A stretch of DNA of 64,000 nt from Bdellovibrionales bacterium (GTDB lineage Bacteria > Bdellovibrionota > UBA1018 > CAIMNF01): assembly GCA_947372355.1 (NCBI GenBank), contig CANBTI010000001.1, positions 18,296 to 82,295 of the forward strand, read 5' to 3'. Both the position numbers and the translations under genes were made by a program. The notes beneath the pieces are model-generated. The model searched no databases and was not told where the DNA came from. It worked only from the letters and a program-made list of their open reading frames with translations. Below are positions 9,311-18,520 of this stretch, piece after piece (positions within the stretch are counted from its first letter, which is position 1; every line of letters begins with the position of its first letter).

Positions 9311-10327
9311 TTATCTTAAAAAGTCTAACAAAGTGGGTTGAATCAAATGTTTCGAACTAGCAAGACTGCTCTTAAAAACAGTCTCTTCTTTTGCCAAATC
9401 GCTTACAATTTGCGTCATGTCTGCATCTTCAATACTTGAACTTAACTGAGCATTGGCGATGTTGTGTCGATCCATCGTGTTGATATTACCTTGGATTCCT
9501 TGAACCCTTGAACCGATTTTAGAGCGGGTTGAAACCACTTTTCCCAAAAGATCGTCAAAACGCTCCAAAGTTCCGCGGATCGTTGATTGATCTCCGGTTA
9601 ATAATCCAATCCGCAAAGACTTCAACTCTTCAAATAAATTTACATTTGGTGAGGCGCCCGACTTTTCTTCCATGCCCTCAGTGGCAAGACGTCTAACGGG
9701 ATCAGGTTTTTTATCATCTAATGGTTTTGTCTGATCAAGCGTTCTTTGATTTAACTCTCTTTGATCGGTTGAGTTTTCTGGATTCGTATTAAAAATTTGA
9801 TGACCAGGAATATTCATCCCAATAAATACTTCTCGACCAATCTCTACCATCATCTCACCAGCATCACCGTGATAATTTCCGTCTGAATCTACAGGATTGG
9901 TTGTGTTCTTATAACCCCCAAAAAGAAATCGATCGCCGACTCTTCTGTTTGAAGTGGCGATGGCTCTTTGAAAAAGTTGATTCACTTCTTCGGAAACACC
10001 CAATCTTGTCTCTTTAGTAGAACTCGCGCTACTGGATTGGCCGATAGCAATTTCCTTTGCTCTCATCACAATCTCACTTAAATCCTCAAGAGCGGCATCA
10101 GTATTCTCTAAAAATGCTTGAGCTAATTTTGCATTAGACTGGAATTGTTCATTGTTCACTTTGTCGGTCCTCACTTCAAGAATTTTAGCCGATCCGACTG
10201 GATCATCTGAGGGCTTATTTAGTTTTTTTAGCGTAGAGTTTTTTAATTGAAGATCATCCATACGTGACTTTGATCTAGTCATGTTGTCTCGAACCACCCC
10301 AAAATTAGTGTTATCGCTGATTCTCAA
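9311..10327 (-). CDS. flgL: Flagellar hook-associated protein 3, FlgL
   Basis: Flagellin-like N- and C-terminal helices. Position immediately after flgK. Confidence 0.7.
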   Translation of the reverse strand: MRISDNTNFGVVRDNMTRSKSRMDDLQLKNSTLKKLNKPSDDPVGSAKILEVRTDKVNNEQFQSNAKLAQAFLENTDAALEDLSEIVMRAKEIAIGQSSSASSTKETRLGVSEEVNQLFQRAIATSNRRVGDRFLFGGYKNTTNPVDSDGNYHGDAGEMMVEIGREVFIGMNIPGHQIFNTNPENSTDQRELNQRTLDQTKPLDDKKPDPVRRLATEGMEEKSGASPNVNLFEELKSLRIGLLTGDQSTIRGTLERFDDLLGKVVSTRSKIGSRVQGIQGNINTMDRHNIANAQLSSSIEDADMTQIVSDLAKEETVFKSSLASSKHLIQPTLLDFLR

Positions 10328-10331
10328 TTAG

Positions 10332-11759
10332 TTACCCTCTTAACCTTAGTACAGTATCTAGCATTTCATCTGCCGTTTTAATTACTTTTGCTGAAGCATC
10401 AAATGCATGCTGAAATTGCATTAAATTCGTAGTTTCCTCATCGATCGAAACACCTGAAGTTTGTTCTCTCACTTTTCCAAGCTGAGCCATAATGCTTCTA
10501 TTTTGAGATAGAGTTTCGTTATTACGGGCATTCGTTACACCAATATCACTTACGATCGAGTTATAAAAATCGTCTGCAGTAGTGCGCCCGCCATTGAACA
10601 AATGAACATTTTGAAGGTTTGAAATTGCAAGTGCGTTGCGATTATCTCCCGGAGCATCTGGCTGAAGTGCGATTGCGATGTTTCCTACCGAGGAATGAAT
10701 GTCTTGTGACAATGCAAGTCTCTGAGCTGCTCCCTCTGGTCCATCCATTGGAGCAAAAAAACTGATTCCAGTTTTGCCGTCTGCCGTAAATCCCTTTTCA
10801 TGAAGTTCATTCACCGAACTGGCAACCGAAAATGCAAGTTGATCTAAACGATCTAAAACCATTGAAATGGATTTATCACGAGTTTCAATCAATGCACCTA
10901 ATTTACCATTTTTAAAACGATCAGTAAGATATTGAGTGCTGTGAGGTGAGCGAGCAATTTGTAATGAATTTGCAACACTTCCTTGATCCTCTTGAGCTGG
11001 TGCACGTCCCACATGATAAGATTCAAAATTTACACCCGTTACAATTGGTCCAACACCGCGAATGTCTACGTTCACCATTCCGCTGTTATCTTTAGTTACA
11101 TTTAAATCAACTAGTGTATTCATTTTTTTGATCACCATATCTCGGCGATCTTGTAAATCGTTGGCATCATTGCCTTGAATTTCAGCTACATGAATACGGT
11201 TATTCAATTCTGCTAGTTCTTTACCAAATGAAGTGAGCTCCTTCATGTTTCCATCAACACGGTTATCAACATGATTACGAATTTGTTCAACTTCTGTGCG
11301 AATTCTTCTAAAATCACCCACCATCGCTTGAGAAGATTCACGCACCGCTTGTCTTACTGCTTCACTAGATGGTTCACTAGAGAGCTTTCTAAAATCGTTA
11401 AAAAACTTTGCGACCAAGCGATTGAGTCCATCACCATTCATTTCATTGAAAACATCTTCAACTTGTCCTAAAAAAACTTGTTTTTCTTCGTTATAGGAAA
11501 GATCTCTCCCACCTTCACGAAGTTGTTTTTCAATATAATTATCGTTAATTCTTTCAATGCGAGAAAGCTTAGAGCCTTGGCCGTAGTAAGGACCACCTTG
11601 TCCAGCAATTTGATTTGTTACTTGAGCTTCAGAAACCGCACGTTGACGTGAAAATCCCTCAGTACCAGCATTCGAGATATTATGACCAGCGGTTGCGATT
11701 CCTGCTTTCGCAGTCGTCATTCCCGATTTTCCTGATTGAAAAACATTCAACAAGGCCAT
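10332..11759 (-). CDS. flgK: Flagellar hook-associated protein 1, FlgK
   Basis: N-terminus MALLNVFQSGKSGM...NISNAGTEGFSRQRA. C-terminal conserved helix. Confidence 0.8.
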   Translation of the reverse strand: MALLNVFQSGKSGMTTAKAGIATAGHNISNAGTEGFSRQRAVSEAQVTNQIAGQGGPYYGQGSKLSRIERINDNYIEKQLREGGRDLSYNEEKQVFLGQVEDVFNEMNGDGLNRLVAKFFNDFRKLSSEPSSEAVRQAVRESSQAMVGDFRRIRTEVEQIRNHVDNRVDGNMKELTSFGKELAELNNRIHVAEIQGNDANDLQDRRDMVIKKMNTLVDLNVTKDNSGMVNVDIRGVGPIVTGVNFESYHVGRAPAQEDQGSVANSLQIARSPHSTQYLTDRFKNGKLGALIETRDKSISMVLDRLDQLAFSVASSVNELHEKGFTADGKTGISFFAPMDGPEGAAQRLALSQDIHSSVGNIAIALQPDAPGDNRNALAISNLQNVHLFNGGRTTADDFYNSIVSDIGVTNARNNETLSQNRSIMAQLGKVREQTSGVSIDEETTNLMQFQHAFDASAKVIKTADEMLDTVLRLRG

Positions 11760-11765
11760 TTAAGT

Positions 11766-12308
11766 TTATACCTCTCTCGAAATTAATCTTGGACCATGCT
11801 CGTTCGCTGATGCTGTATTTTTTTGTCCCTGTTGGTTATAGGTTCTTGCTTGATGTGTGGTTTCACCGAAAATGTTTCTCTTCATATTATCAATATGCTG
11901 AAGAGACGCATTCACAAGGTTTCCATTCACTTCGTTTTGTTTTTTAATTCTTTCTACTAATAAAATTAAAACACTCAAATCAGATTGAAGTCTGCTCGAA
12001 ATTTCAAGATCATTGGATTGAAAGTGCAAAATTAATTCACGTAAGGACGGAGTTTTTGTTTCTAAATTTTGTTCTTGTGCTATTGCATACACAATCGACT
12101 GACGACTCATTTCAGATTGATGAATCCAATGAATCAAAGCTTCTTTTGCTGCTGCTGCTTCATAAGTAGCCTTAACGTCTGCATTGGTAATTGCTTCGTT
12201 TTCTGATTTAACTACATCGTTCAATTGTCGGTGTAACCCAATCAAATCCTGTAAGGATCCGTGAAGTTTTTCCGATAATTTTTCCGATAATTTTTTTTCT
12301 GTTTCCAT
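11766..12308 (-). CDS. FlgN-like flagellar chaperone (putative)
   Basis: Helical coiled-coil protein of about 180 aa directly upstream of flgK. Start taken at METEKK. Contains a KLSEKLSEKL duplicated motif. Confidence 0.4.
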   Translation of the reverse strand: METEKKLSEKLSEKLHGSLQDLIGLHRQLNDVVKSENEAITNADVKATYEAAAAKEALIHWIHQSEMSRQSIVYAIAQEQNLETKTPSLRELILHFQSNDLEISSRLQSDLSVLILLVERIKKQNEVNGNLVNASLQHIDNMKRNIFGETTHQARTYNQQGQKNTASANEHGPRLISREV

Positions 12309-12359
12309 TTTCATCCTCACCCGCATCCTGCTCGGAGGTTAATTGGTTTTGTTAAAAAC

Positions 12360-12686
12360 TTATGCGCCAGCTAAACGAATGTGATCATCCACTAGTTTAT
12401 CAGCAATTGCATCTGCTCCAACATTGTATTTTTTATTTTGAATGCGCTCTTTGAGTTCAGCGATTTTTGCTTCGCGCACATCAGGAGTATCTGCCGCGAT
12501 TTGCTTTGCTTTCGCCATATCTTTTGCTTTTGAAGAAATCTCTGCGTTTGCAGATTCACTCTTCGGAGCTGAAATAGATTCTTCTGATTTATTTTCATAA
12601 CCAGAGATTTTTGACTTTTCTATTTTTTTGGTATCTGAACTTTGAATGCCTGAACTACCGGCTGCAATGTTTGAATTAATCTTCAT
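12360..12686 (-). CDS. flgM: Anti-sigma-28 factor FlgM
   Basis: C-terminus KIAELKERIQNKKYNVGADAIADKLVDDHIRLAG matches the FlgM sigma-28-binding region. Start taken at MKINSNIAAG (the ORF track's upstream extension is unlikely). Confidence 0.65.
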   Translation of the reverse strand: MKINSNIAAGSSGIQSSDTKKIEKSKISGYENKSEESISAPKSESANAEISSKAKDMAKAKQIAADTPDVREAKIAELKERIQNKKYNVGADAIADKLVDDHIRLAGA

Positions 12687-13035
12687 GTGTACCTCCTGTA
12701 CCTTGAGACCTATTATTATTATACTTTGGCTGTGGTTGTGAGCGCAACCAATAATCAATAATTTGTTGAGAAAGTCCTAAAGAATTGCCCTTTGCTGAAA
12801 TATCCGCATACTCTTGGTCAAGCATTCCCTGATAAATATCTGACGCTGAATTATGCAATGAAAACTCGTTTGGTTCGCCTTGTGTTTTTTTCATCGCGTC
12901 CATCATCATAGAAGTGAATTGAGCCTCTAAACCCTCGGCAGCCTTACGCATTTCCGGTGAGATCCTAGGATCGTCATTATTTTGATGCTGCGTTTTAATC
13001 GGTGGAATTTGGGGGGGGGTTGAGGAGGGTTTCAT
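12676..13035 (-). CDS. Flagellar rod-binding protein (FlgJ N-terminal-domain-like)
   Basis: AEGLEAQFTSMMMDAMKKT...SDIYQGMLDQEYADISAKGNSLGLSQQI matches the rod-binding (FlgJ N-terminal) family. No muramidase domain. Overlaps flgM by 11 nt. Confidence 0.6.
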   Translation of the reverse strand: MKPSSTPPQIPPIKTQHQNNDDPRISPEMRKAAEGLEAQFTSMMMDAMKKTQGEPNEFSLHNSASDIYQGMLDQEYADISAKGNSLGLSQQIIDYWLRSQPQPKYNNNRSQGTGGTHED

Positions 13036-13062
13036 TACAAAACCCCCCTCAACCCGTGAATC
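13008..13062 (-). promoter_or_regulatory. Stable stem-loop sequestering the SD and start codon of the flgJ-like gene; contains a G9/C9 tract
   Basis: mRNA sense: GGGUUGAGGGGGGUU-[UUGUAAUGA]-AACCCUCCUCAACCC. The stem is 15 bp with one G.U pair, the AUG sits in the loop, and the SD GAGGGGGG lies in the 5' arm. Confidence 0.5.
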
Positions 13063-13231
13063 GATGGCTCTATCGACGAGAACATCTTGTTCTTTAAGCC
13101 GGGCCGTGAATTTTCAGTTTCATGATAACCCACCATCCTAGCAGGTCGTTGCTGATTGACTGTTTCCTGGTTCACGTCCACATTTATCCTTCCTTGGATT
13201 AGCTTTGTCTTCTTCCCTTCGTTCACAATTG

Positions 13232-14257
13232 TTACAACAACTCCAGTTCCGCTTGAAGCGCACCGGTTGCCTTGATGGTTTGAAAAATCGCTGTAAGATC
13301 TTTCGGTTGAACACCAAGGGTGTTGAGTAATTTTACTAAATCAGAAACGGTTGCGCCCTTCACCTCATAGAGACGATCGCCTTTTCCCGCATTTCCTTTA
13401 ACTTGAATTGAAAGATCACCGTGAGCAATCGCAACGGGAGTAATACTCACATGATCACCCATCACTACCGTGCCGGTTCTTTCGTTTAATACAACTTTTG
13501 CTTTTGAATCTACAACCACTCGAACATTTTCAATTCGAGCCATAAGTTCTACTGTATTTCCGTCATAATTGAACGGCACTACTACGTCTACTGTTGCGCT
13601 GTCTCTTGCTGATGCAAACTTTCCGCCTAATTCCGCGTTTACTAGTGATACTAGACGGGCTGCGGTGGTGAAGTCTGGATTGTTGAGCGAGAGACGAAAG
13701 CTCTTTTTTCCGGAGAAATTCGTATCAACGTCCTTTTCAATCATCGCGCCAGAAACAATTCTACCCACTGTAGGAAAAGTAGATTTTCCATCGGCTAACG
13801 ATCCTAAAGTTACCGTACCTTGAGCAACGGCATAAGTTTGCTGATCACCAGCACGTAGTGGTGTCACCAAAAGAACTCCGCCCTCTAATGATGTTGCATC
13901 TCCGATAGAGCTAACAGTGATATCAATTTGAACACCTGATCGTGCAAACGGAGGAAGTTTTGCGGTAACAATAACAGCTGCTGCATTTTTAGAATTAATT
14001 TTTTCATTCTTTGTTACGTCTAAGCCTAGCTTACTAAAAAGCTTACCCAAAGATCTTGCAGTAACATCGGCACTAGAATCTCCGGTTCCTTTTAATCCAA
14101 CAATCACTCCGTATCCGATAAGAATATTCTCGCGAACACCCTTCACAGAAGCGATATCTTTTAATCTAGCTCCGGAATTTTCTGCGCGTGATGCAGAAGA
14201 AACCAAAAGCATCGTCACCAGTAATGAACTAGCGAGCAACGCGTACTTTATATTCAT
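13232..14257 (-). CDS. flgI: Flagellar P-ring protein FlgI
   Basis: Signal peptide plus KDIASVKGVRENILIGYGVIVGLKGTGDS, the canonical FlgI motif. Confidence 0.9.
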   Translation of the reverse strand: MNIKYALLASSLLVTMLLVSSASRAENSGARLKDIASVKGVRENILIGYGVIVGLKGTGDSSADVTARSLGKLFSKLGLDVTKNEKINSKNAAAVIVTAKLPPFARSGVQIDITVSSIGDATSLEGGVLLVTPLRAGDQQTYAVAQGTVTLGSLADGKSTFPTVGRIVSGAMIEKDVDTNFSGKKSFRLSLNNPDFTTAARLVSLVNAELGGKFASARDSATVDVVVPFNYDGNTVELMARIENVRVVVDSKAKVVLNERTGTVVMGDHVSITPVAIAHGDLSIQVKGNAGKGDRLYEVKGATVSDLVKLLNTLGVQPKDLTAIFQTIKATGALQAELELL

Positions 14258-15122
14258 ATAATTTCCCCGATTTTATTAAGTCTGCATCATCAAAATCTGT
14301 TGCCGGCGCAACCGCTACTAATGAAACAAGTTTTGAAGATCCTCTAAACATCACACGCTTTACCGCTCTGATTTTATAATTCCCATTTTGGTATCGATCT
14401 ATAATTTCAGCACGAAATTCTTCACTAGGAAGCACACCAATTGATTTACTTAAATCAACTTGGGACCATCTCACCGCTTTTTCCATTTTGGTTTTAATGA
14501 TTTCAGCATCATTAGTTTTTAAATCTTCGGCTGCTACGTTACGGTAAGCTTGCAAATCTTTGTCGTCTTTAGCTCCAGAATTATTCTTGAGATAAAGCGC
14601 CATTTCAACTTCTTGCTCAGCAGGAGAAAGGCTTTTTTTGATTTCTTCGCCTATGTGTTTCACCATTTCTTCTTCTACTTTAATTGAAATAATATCTCCC
14701 ATGGCACGCACTTTAGTTTTGGAATAGAAATAATTTGAATCATTCTCTCCTGTCCAAAGCGATCCATCACCAGGAGCTCGATCAATAAAATCAGCTTTAG
14801 TTGCACGATCACCTCTCGCATATTGAGATACATATGCGCCGCGATTAGTTTCAATTTTTCCACGAACTTGTTCGTCTGTTGGATCTAAAGCATCACTTTG
14901 TCCAGTTTCAGATACACTTGCAACTTCTCTAGTTTGGCTTTCATAAGATGAATTTTCACGAGTTGTTTCAACAGGAGTTCTCGCCGCGCCCCAGTTTGGA
15001 TGTTGATCGCCATAAGTGAGCTTATTGTAATCTTCGCTTTCTGCACCACTGAACACACTATGAAAAGTTGAACAACCAGTGAGAATAAAAATGAAAGTCA
15101 GTACTAAAAAATATACTTTCAT
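14229..15122 (-). CDS. flgH: Flagellar L-ring lipoprotein FlgH (with an extended low-complexity N-terminal linker)
   Basis: Lipobox LTGCS. Conserved DGSLW...AMGDIISIKVEE core. About 70 extra residues lie between the lipobox and the core. Overlaps flgI by 29 nt. Confidence 0.8.
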   Translation of the reverse strand: MKVYFLVLTFIFILTGCSTFHSVFSGAESEDYNKLTYGDQHPNWGAARTPVETTRENSSYESQTREVASVSETGQSDALDPTDEQVRGKIETNRGAYVSQYARGDRATKADFIDRAPGDGSLWTGENDSNYFYSKTKVRAMGDIISIKVEEEMVKHIGEEIKKSLSPAEQEVEMALYLKNNSGAKDDKDLQAYRNVAAEDLKTNDAEIIKTKMEKAVRWSQVDLSKSIGVLPSEEFRAEIIDRYQNGNYKIRAVKRVMFRGSSKLVSLVAVAPATDFDDADLIKSGKLYEYKVRVAR

Positions 15123-15859
15123 AATCTCACCTCAACTGAATGATCTTCAAGTACTTTACCCACTAAATCTTTTTTGGATTTTGTGGTTAGAATATGAACC
15201 CTTTCTCCAATAGATGCATTTTCCAAAATGGTTGCTGCAGTAGTCAGCGAAAGATCTCCCGAAGTCAGTTCAAGTTTAACTGTTTCACCTTTGCGTACAT
15301 CTGGTTGCTTTTGAACCGCATTGGTCACAACAAACTGTCCCTCTAAAATAGATTGTTTGGTTTCCATTTGCTCAAGTTTAGATTCATCAAAAATAATTGC
15401 TGATCGATAATCACGAGCATTTCCAGTGGCTACGTTTAGATTTTCAATTCTAAAATCTTCTTTTTTTAATCTTGTATTTGGATATATTCTTCGAATCGCT
15501 ACCGGAGTTTTCACCATCGCCTGGTAAGGGGTTTGAATTCTTATGCTTGTACCCTCTGCAGATGTTAACTCTAACAACACCACTCCATTTGCACGATCTT
15601 CGATGATTCGAACATTGGCTAATTCATTTATTGAAGAAATTTCGGGTGATTTTACTAATTTTTCTAAATTAGGTAATTTTATTTCTGCGTATGGAAGTTT
15701 TTCACTTAAGATTTTATGAATGCGTGACGAAAGGAGATTAGCATCATCCAGCGCGTAAGAACTAGTAGAACAAAATGAAATCGCAATTGCTGCTAAGTTC
15801 AGAACTCTATTCACTGCTTCCCTCCTTGGGATAAAACCAGTTCTCTTCCTGAGAACCAC
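15119..15859 (-). CDS. flgA: Flagellar basal-body P-ring formation protein FlgA
   Basis: C-terminal SAF-like segment GETVKLELTSGDLSLTTAATILENASIGERVHIL. Position upstream of flgH and flgI. Confidence 0.7.
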   Translation of the reverse strand: MVLRKRTGFIPRREAVNRVLNLAAIAISFCSTSSYALDDANLLSSRIHKILSEKLPYAEIKLPNLEKLVKSPEISSINELANVRIIEDRANGVVLLELTSAEGTSIRIQTPYQAMVKTPVAIRRIYPNTRLKKEDFRIENLNVATGNARDYRSAIIFDESKLEQMETKQSILEGQFVVTNAVQKQPDVRKGETVKLELTSGDLSLTTAATILENASIGERVHILTTKSKKDLVGKVLEDHSVEVRL

Positions 15860-15885
15860 ACCTCTCTTCAGAGGTATTTATTAAA

Positions 15886-16671
15886 CTATCTCACAATATT
15901 CGTAGTTGCTTCAAGCATTTTATCAGCCACACCCATAACTCTTGTATTCATTTCATAAGCTCGTTGGGCACCAATCATCTCAATCATACTGTTGGCAACA
16001 TTGACGTTTGAAGATTCAATCGCGCCCTGAAGAACCGTACCGGTTCCAGCCTCTCCAGGAACACCTAATTTAGGCTGTCCACTTCCAACCGTTGGTTTAT
16101 AAAAGTTATTTCCGATTGCCATTAATCCTTGCGGATTAACAAAATTAGCAACCTGAATATTTCCGATTACCGATTCGCCCTCATTAGTAATTGCTTTTAC
16201 TTCTCCAGTTGGCGAAATAATGACGGCATTTGCTTCATTGGGAATAATTAATTGCGGCTCTAAGAGAGCGCCATTACTTAGACTCACTCTTCCCTGAGAA
16301 TCCAGTTTAAAATTACCCGCGCGAGTAAACACCACTTCACCAGTATTGGGCAACTTAACAGGCAAAAATCCTTTGCCTTCAATCATCATATCGTAGGGAG
16401 CATTCGTTACTTTAGTAGATCCTTGTTCAAAAATTTTATGAGTCGCTCCAACCTTTACTCCCATCCCCTTTTGAATTCCAACAGGAGTAACGCTTGAGGC
16501 ACCTTGGCGCGCACCCGGTTCTTTCACGGTTTCATACATAAGATCATGAAATTCAGTTACGTCTCTTTTATATCCGTCCGTGTTCACATTGGCTAAATCA
16601 TTGGCAATACGATCAATATTTGCTTGCTGTGCCTCTAACCCAGTAGACGAAGTATTGAGTGCTCTTAACAT
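15886..16671 (-). CDS. flgG: Flagellar distal rod protein FlgG
   Basis: N-terminus MLRALNTSSTGLEAQQANIDRIANDLANVNTDGYKRD. C-terminus IESSNVNVANSMIEMIGAQRAYEMNTRV. Confidence 0.85.
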   Translation of the reverse strand: MLRALNTSSTGLEAQQANIDRIANDLANVNTDGYKRDVTEFHDLMYETVKEPGARQGASSVTPVGIQKGMGVKVGATHKIFEQGSTKVTNAPYDMMIEGKGFLPVKLPNTGEVVFTRAGNFKLDSQGRVSLSNGALLEPQLIIPNEANAVIISPTGEVKAITNEGESVIGNIQVANFVNPQGLMAIGNNFYKPTVGSGQPKLGVPGEAGTGTVLQGAIESSNVNVANSMIEMIGAQRAYEMNTRVMGVADKMLEATTNIVR

Positions 16672-16692
16672 GATTGATTACCTCTCATAAAA

Positions 16693-17514
16693 TTACATTT
16701 TTCCAATTTCATTTACTTCCTTAGAAAGCATTTCGTTCACGGTTTTCATTGCTTTCAAATCTTGCTCAAACATCCGGTTTGCGCGAATTAAATTACTAAT
16801 TTCTTGAACTGGATTTACGTTTGATGTTTCAACCATCCCTTGTTTCGCTTGTGTATTCACAGCTTCAAGACCTGGATTTTTTGCTAAGTTTTTATTTTCA
16901 AAGTTTGAACTACCCACTTTTCTGATTTGATTAAGATCAGCAAATTCAACAATACTCAGTTGAGCTATTTTTTCATCTCCAACGTAAATATCTCCACGGT
17001 CATTTACATGTAATGCGCCTTCGTGTTCACTCACATTAATTTCTCTGCCTGCAGGATCAGAAACTTCTCCCTCTGCTCCTTTTGATAAAACGGGATAACC
17101 TTCAGAAGTTACAATTTTTCCTTCTGAGGAAAGCTTAAAACTACCTGCTTTTGTATATCTTACGCCGTTTGGTGTGGCGATTTCGTAAAAGCCAGGTCCA
17201 CTTAATGCGATATCCAGTGGGTTATCTGTTACCTTAAAACCACCGGTTGAAAATTTTGTTTGTGTACCACTCACCACCACAAATGATTGATCTTTTCCAT
17301 CTAGTGGATACAAATCTTTATCCTTAATCGGTGATCTCGGAATTTCTTCACCTTCAGCAGTCATTTTTTCATTTTTGGAGAGGTATTCTTTAAAGGTAAT
17401 GTCGTCGCGCTTAAAACCATTGGTATTCACGTTGGCAAGATTATTGGAAATCACCTCGATCTGATGATCTCGTGCCATTGCTCCTGAAACGGCTGGCCAA
17501 AGTGGTTTAGACAT
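16693..17514 (-). CDS. flgF: Flagellar proximal rod protein FlgF
   Basis: Rod-protein N- and C-terminal motifs (ISNNLANVNTNGFKRD; ETSNVNPVQEISNLIRANRMFE). First gene of the minus-strand flagellar operon. Confidence 0.75.
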   Translation of the reverse strand: MSKPLWPAVSGAMARDHQIEVISNNLANVNTNGFKRDDITFKEYLSKNEKMTAEGEEIPRSPIKDKDLYPLDGKDQSFVVVSGTQTKFSTGGFKVTDNPLDIALSGPGFYEIATPNGVRYTKAGSFKLSSEGKIVTSEGYPVLSKGAEGEVSDPAGREINVSEHEGALHVNDRGDIYVGDEKIAQLSIVEFADLNQIRKVGSSNFENKNLAKNPGLEAVNTQAKQGMVETSNVNPVQEISNLIRANRMFEQDLKAMKTVNEMLSKEVNEIGKM

Positions 17515-17655
17515 CTTGTACTTACCTTTCGCGCATCCTGCGACTCAACTCTTATATTTTACGATAGAGTGTGACTCGGATGCAAAAGAAATAGATTAGT
17601 CAAATCTTTGGTGTAGGCACATTTTGCCGTTAAATATCGATTCTAATATGATACG

Positions 17656-18516
17656 TTGATAACACTCATGATTTTAATGAATGCAAAACCTCTTATTGAG
17701 AAAAGAAGAGAATTTCTAAAAGAAAAAACGAATGCGCTTGTGCATACTTTAGGTCGCGCACCAGCACTTGCCGTTATTCTCGTTGGTAGCAACCCTGCTA
17801 GCCAAATCTATGTTTCAAATAAATCAAAAGCAGCAGAGTCGGTCGGTTTCACCAGTGAAACATTTCAATTTGAAGAATCTACACCACCGCAAAAAGTATA
17901 TGAACTTGTTCAACAACTAAATGAAGATCCTGCTATTGATGGAATATTAATTCAACGCCCACTACCTAATTCATTTTCAAATCAAGAAGTAATGTTTTGG
18001 GTACTGCCCGAAAAAGATGTGGACTGCTTGCATCCTGAGAATATTGGACTATTAACTTCAGGACTCCCTCGCTTTAATCCCTGTACTCCAGCGGGTGTTT
18101 TGTTGTTGTTAGATTTTTATCAACTTACCGTTGATGGAAAAATCGCATGTGTGATCGGCAGAAGCAACATTGTTGGAAAACCACTTGCAAGCATGTTGCT
18201 CGCAAGAAACGCTTCTGTGATTCAAATTCATCGAGGAACTAAGAATCCCTCTGCGCTATGTAAACAAGCCGACTTTATATTTGCAGCAGCCGGCTCTAAA
18301 AAATTAGTTCAAAGCGATTGGGTTAAACCGGGCGCAGTCATTGTTGATATAGGAATCCATCGCGAAGAGAATGGAAAGCTCTGTGGCGATGTCGATTTTG
18401 AATCAACCTCACCAATCGCTTCCGCAATGACACCTGTTCCCGGTGGAGTTGGCCCCATGACCATTCAAGTTTTACTAGAAAACACTTATCAAGCAGCAAT
18501 CAATCAAGGATCATAA
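17656..18516 (+). CDS. folD: Bifunctional methylene-THF dehydrogenase/cyclohydrolase FolD
   Basis: LAVILVGSNPASQIYVSNKSKAAESVGF and GVGPMT motifs. The true start may be the MNAKPL Met at about 17680. Confidence 0.85.
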   Translation: MITLMILMNAKPLIEKRREFLKEKTNALVHTLGRAPALAVILVGSNPASQIYVSNKSKAAESVGFTSETFQFEESTPPQKVYELVQQLNEDPAIDGILIQRPLPNSFSNQEVMFWVLPEKDVDCLHPENIGLLTSGLPRFNPCTPAGVLLLLDFYQLTVDGKIACVIGRSNIVGKPLASMLLARNASVIQIHRGTKNPSALCKQADFIFAAAGSKKLVQSDWVKPGAVIVDIGIHREENGKLCGDVDFESTSPIASAMTPVPGGVGPMTIQVLLENTYQAAINQGS

Positions 18517-18520
18517 TCGC

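Noticed and set aside
13035-13226. 63-aa ORF in the flgI/flgJ-like intergenic region
   Set aside because: No SD and odd composition. It lies in the spacer that carries the regulatory hairpin, so it is probably non-coding.
17600-17622. Sigma-54-like GGCAC...TTGC element (AGGCACATTTTGCC) in the flgF/folD intergenic region
   Set aside because: The spacing between GG and GC is 8 nt, not the canonical 10. It is also on the plus strand, pointing toward folD and not the flagellar operon. No convincing sigma-28 or sigma-54 promoter could be aligned by eye.
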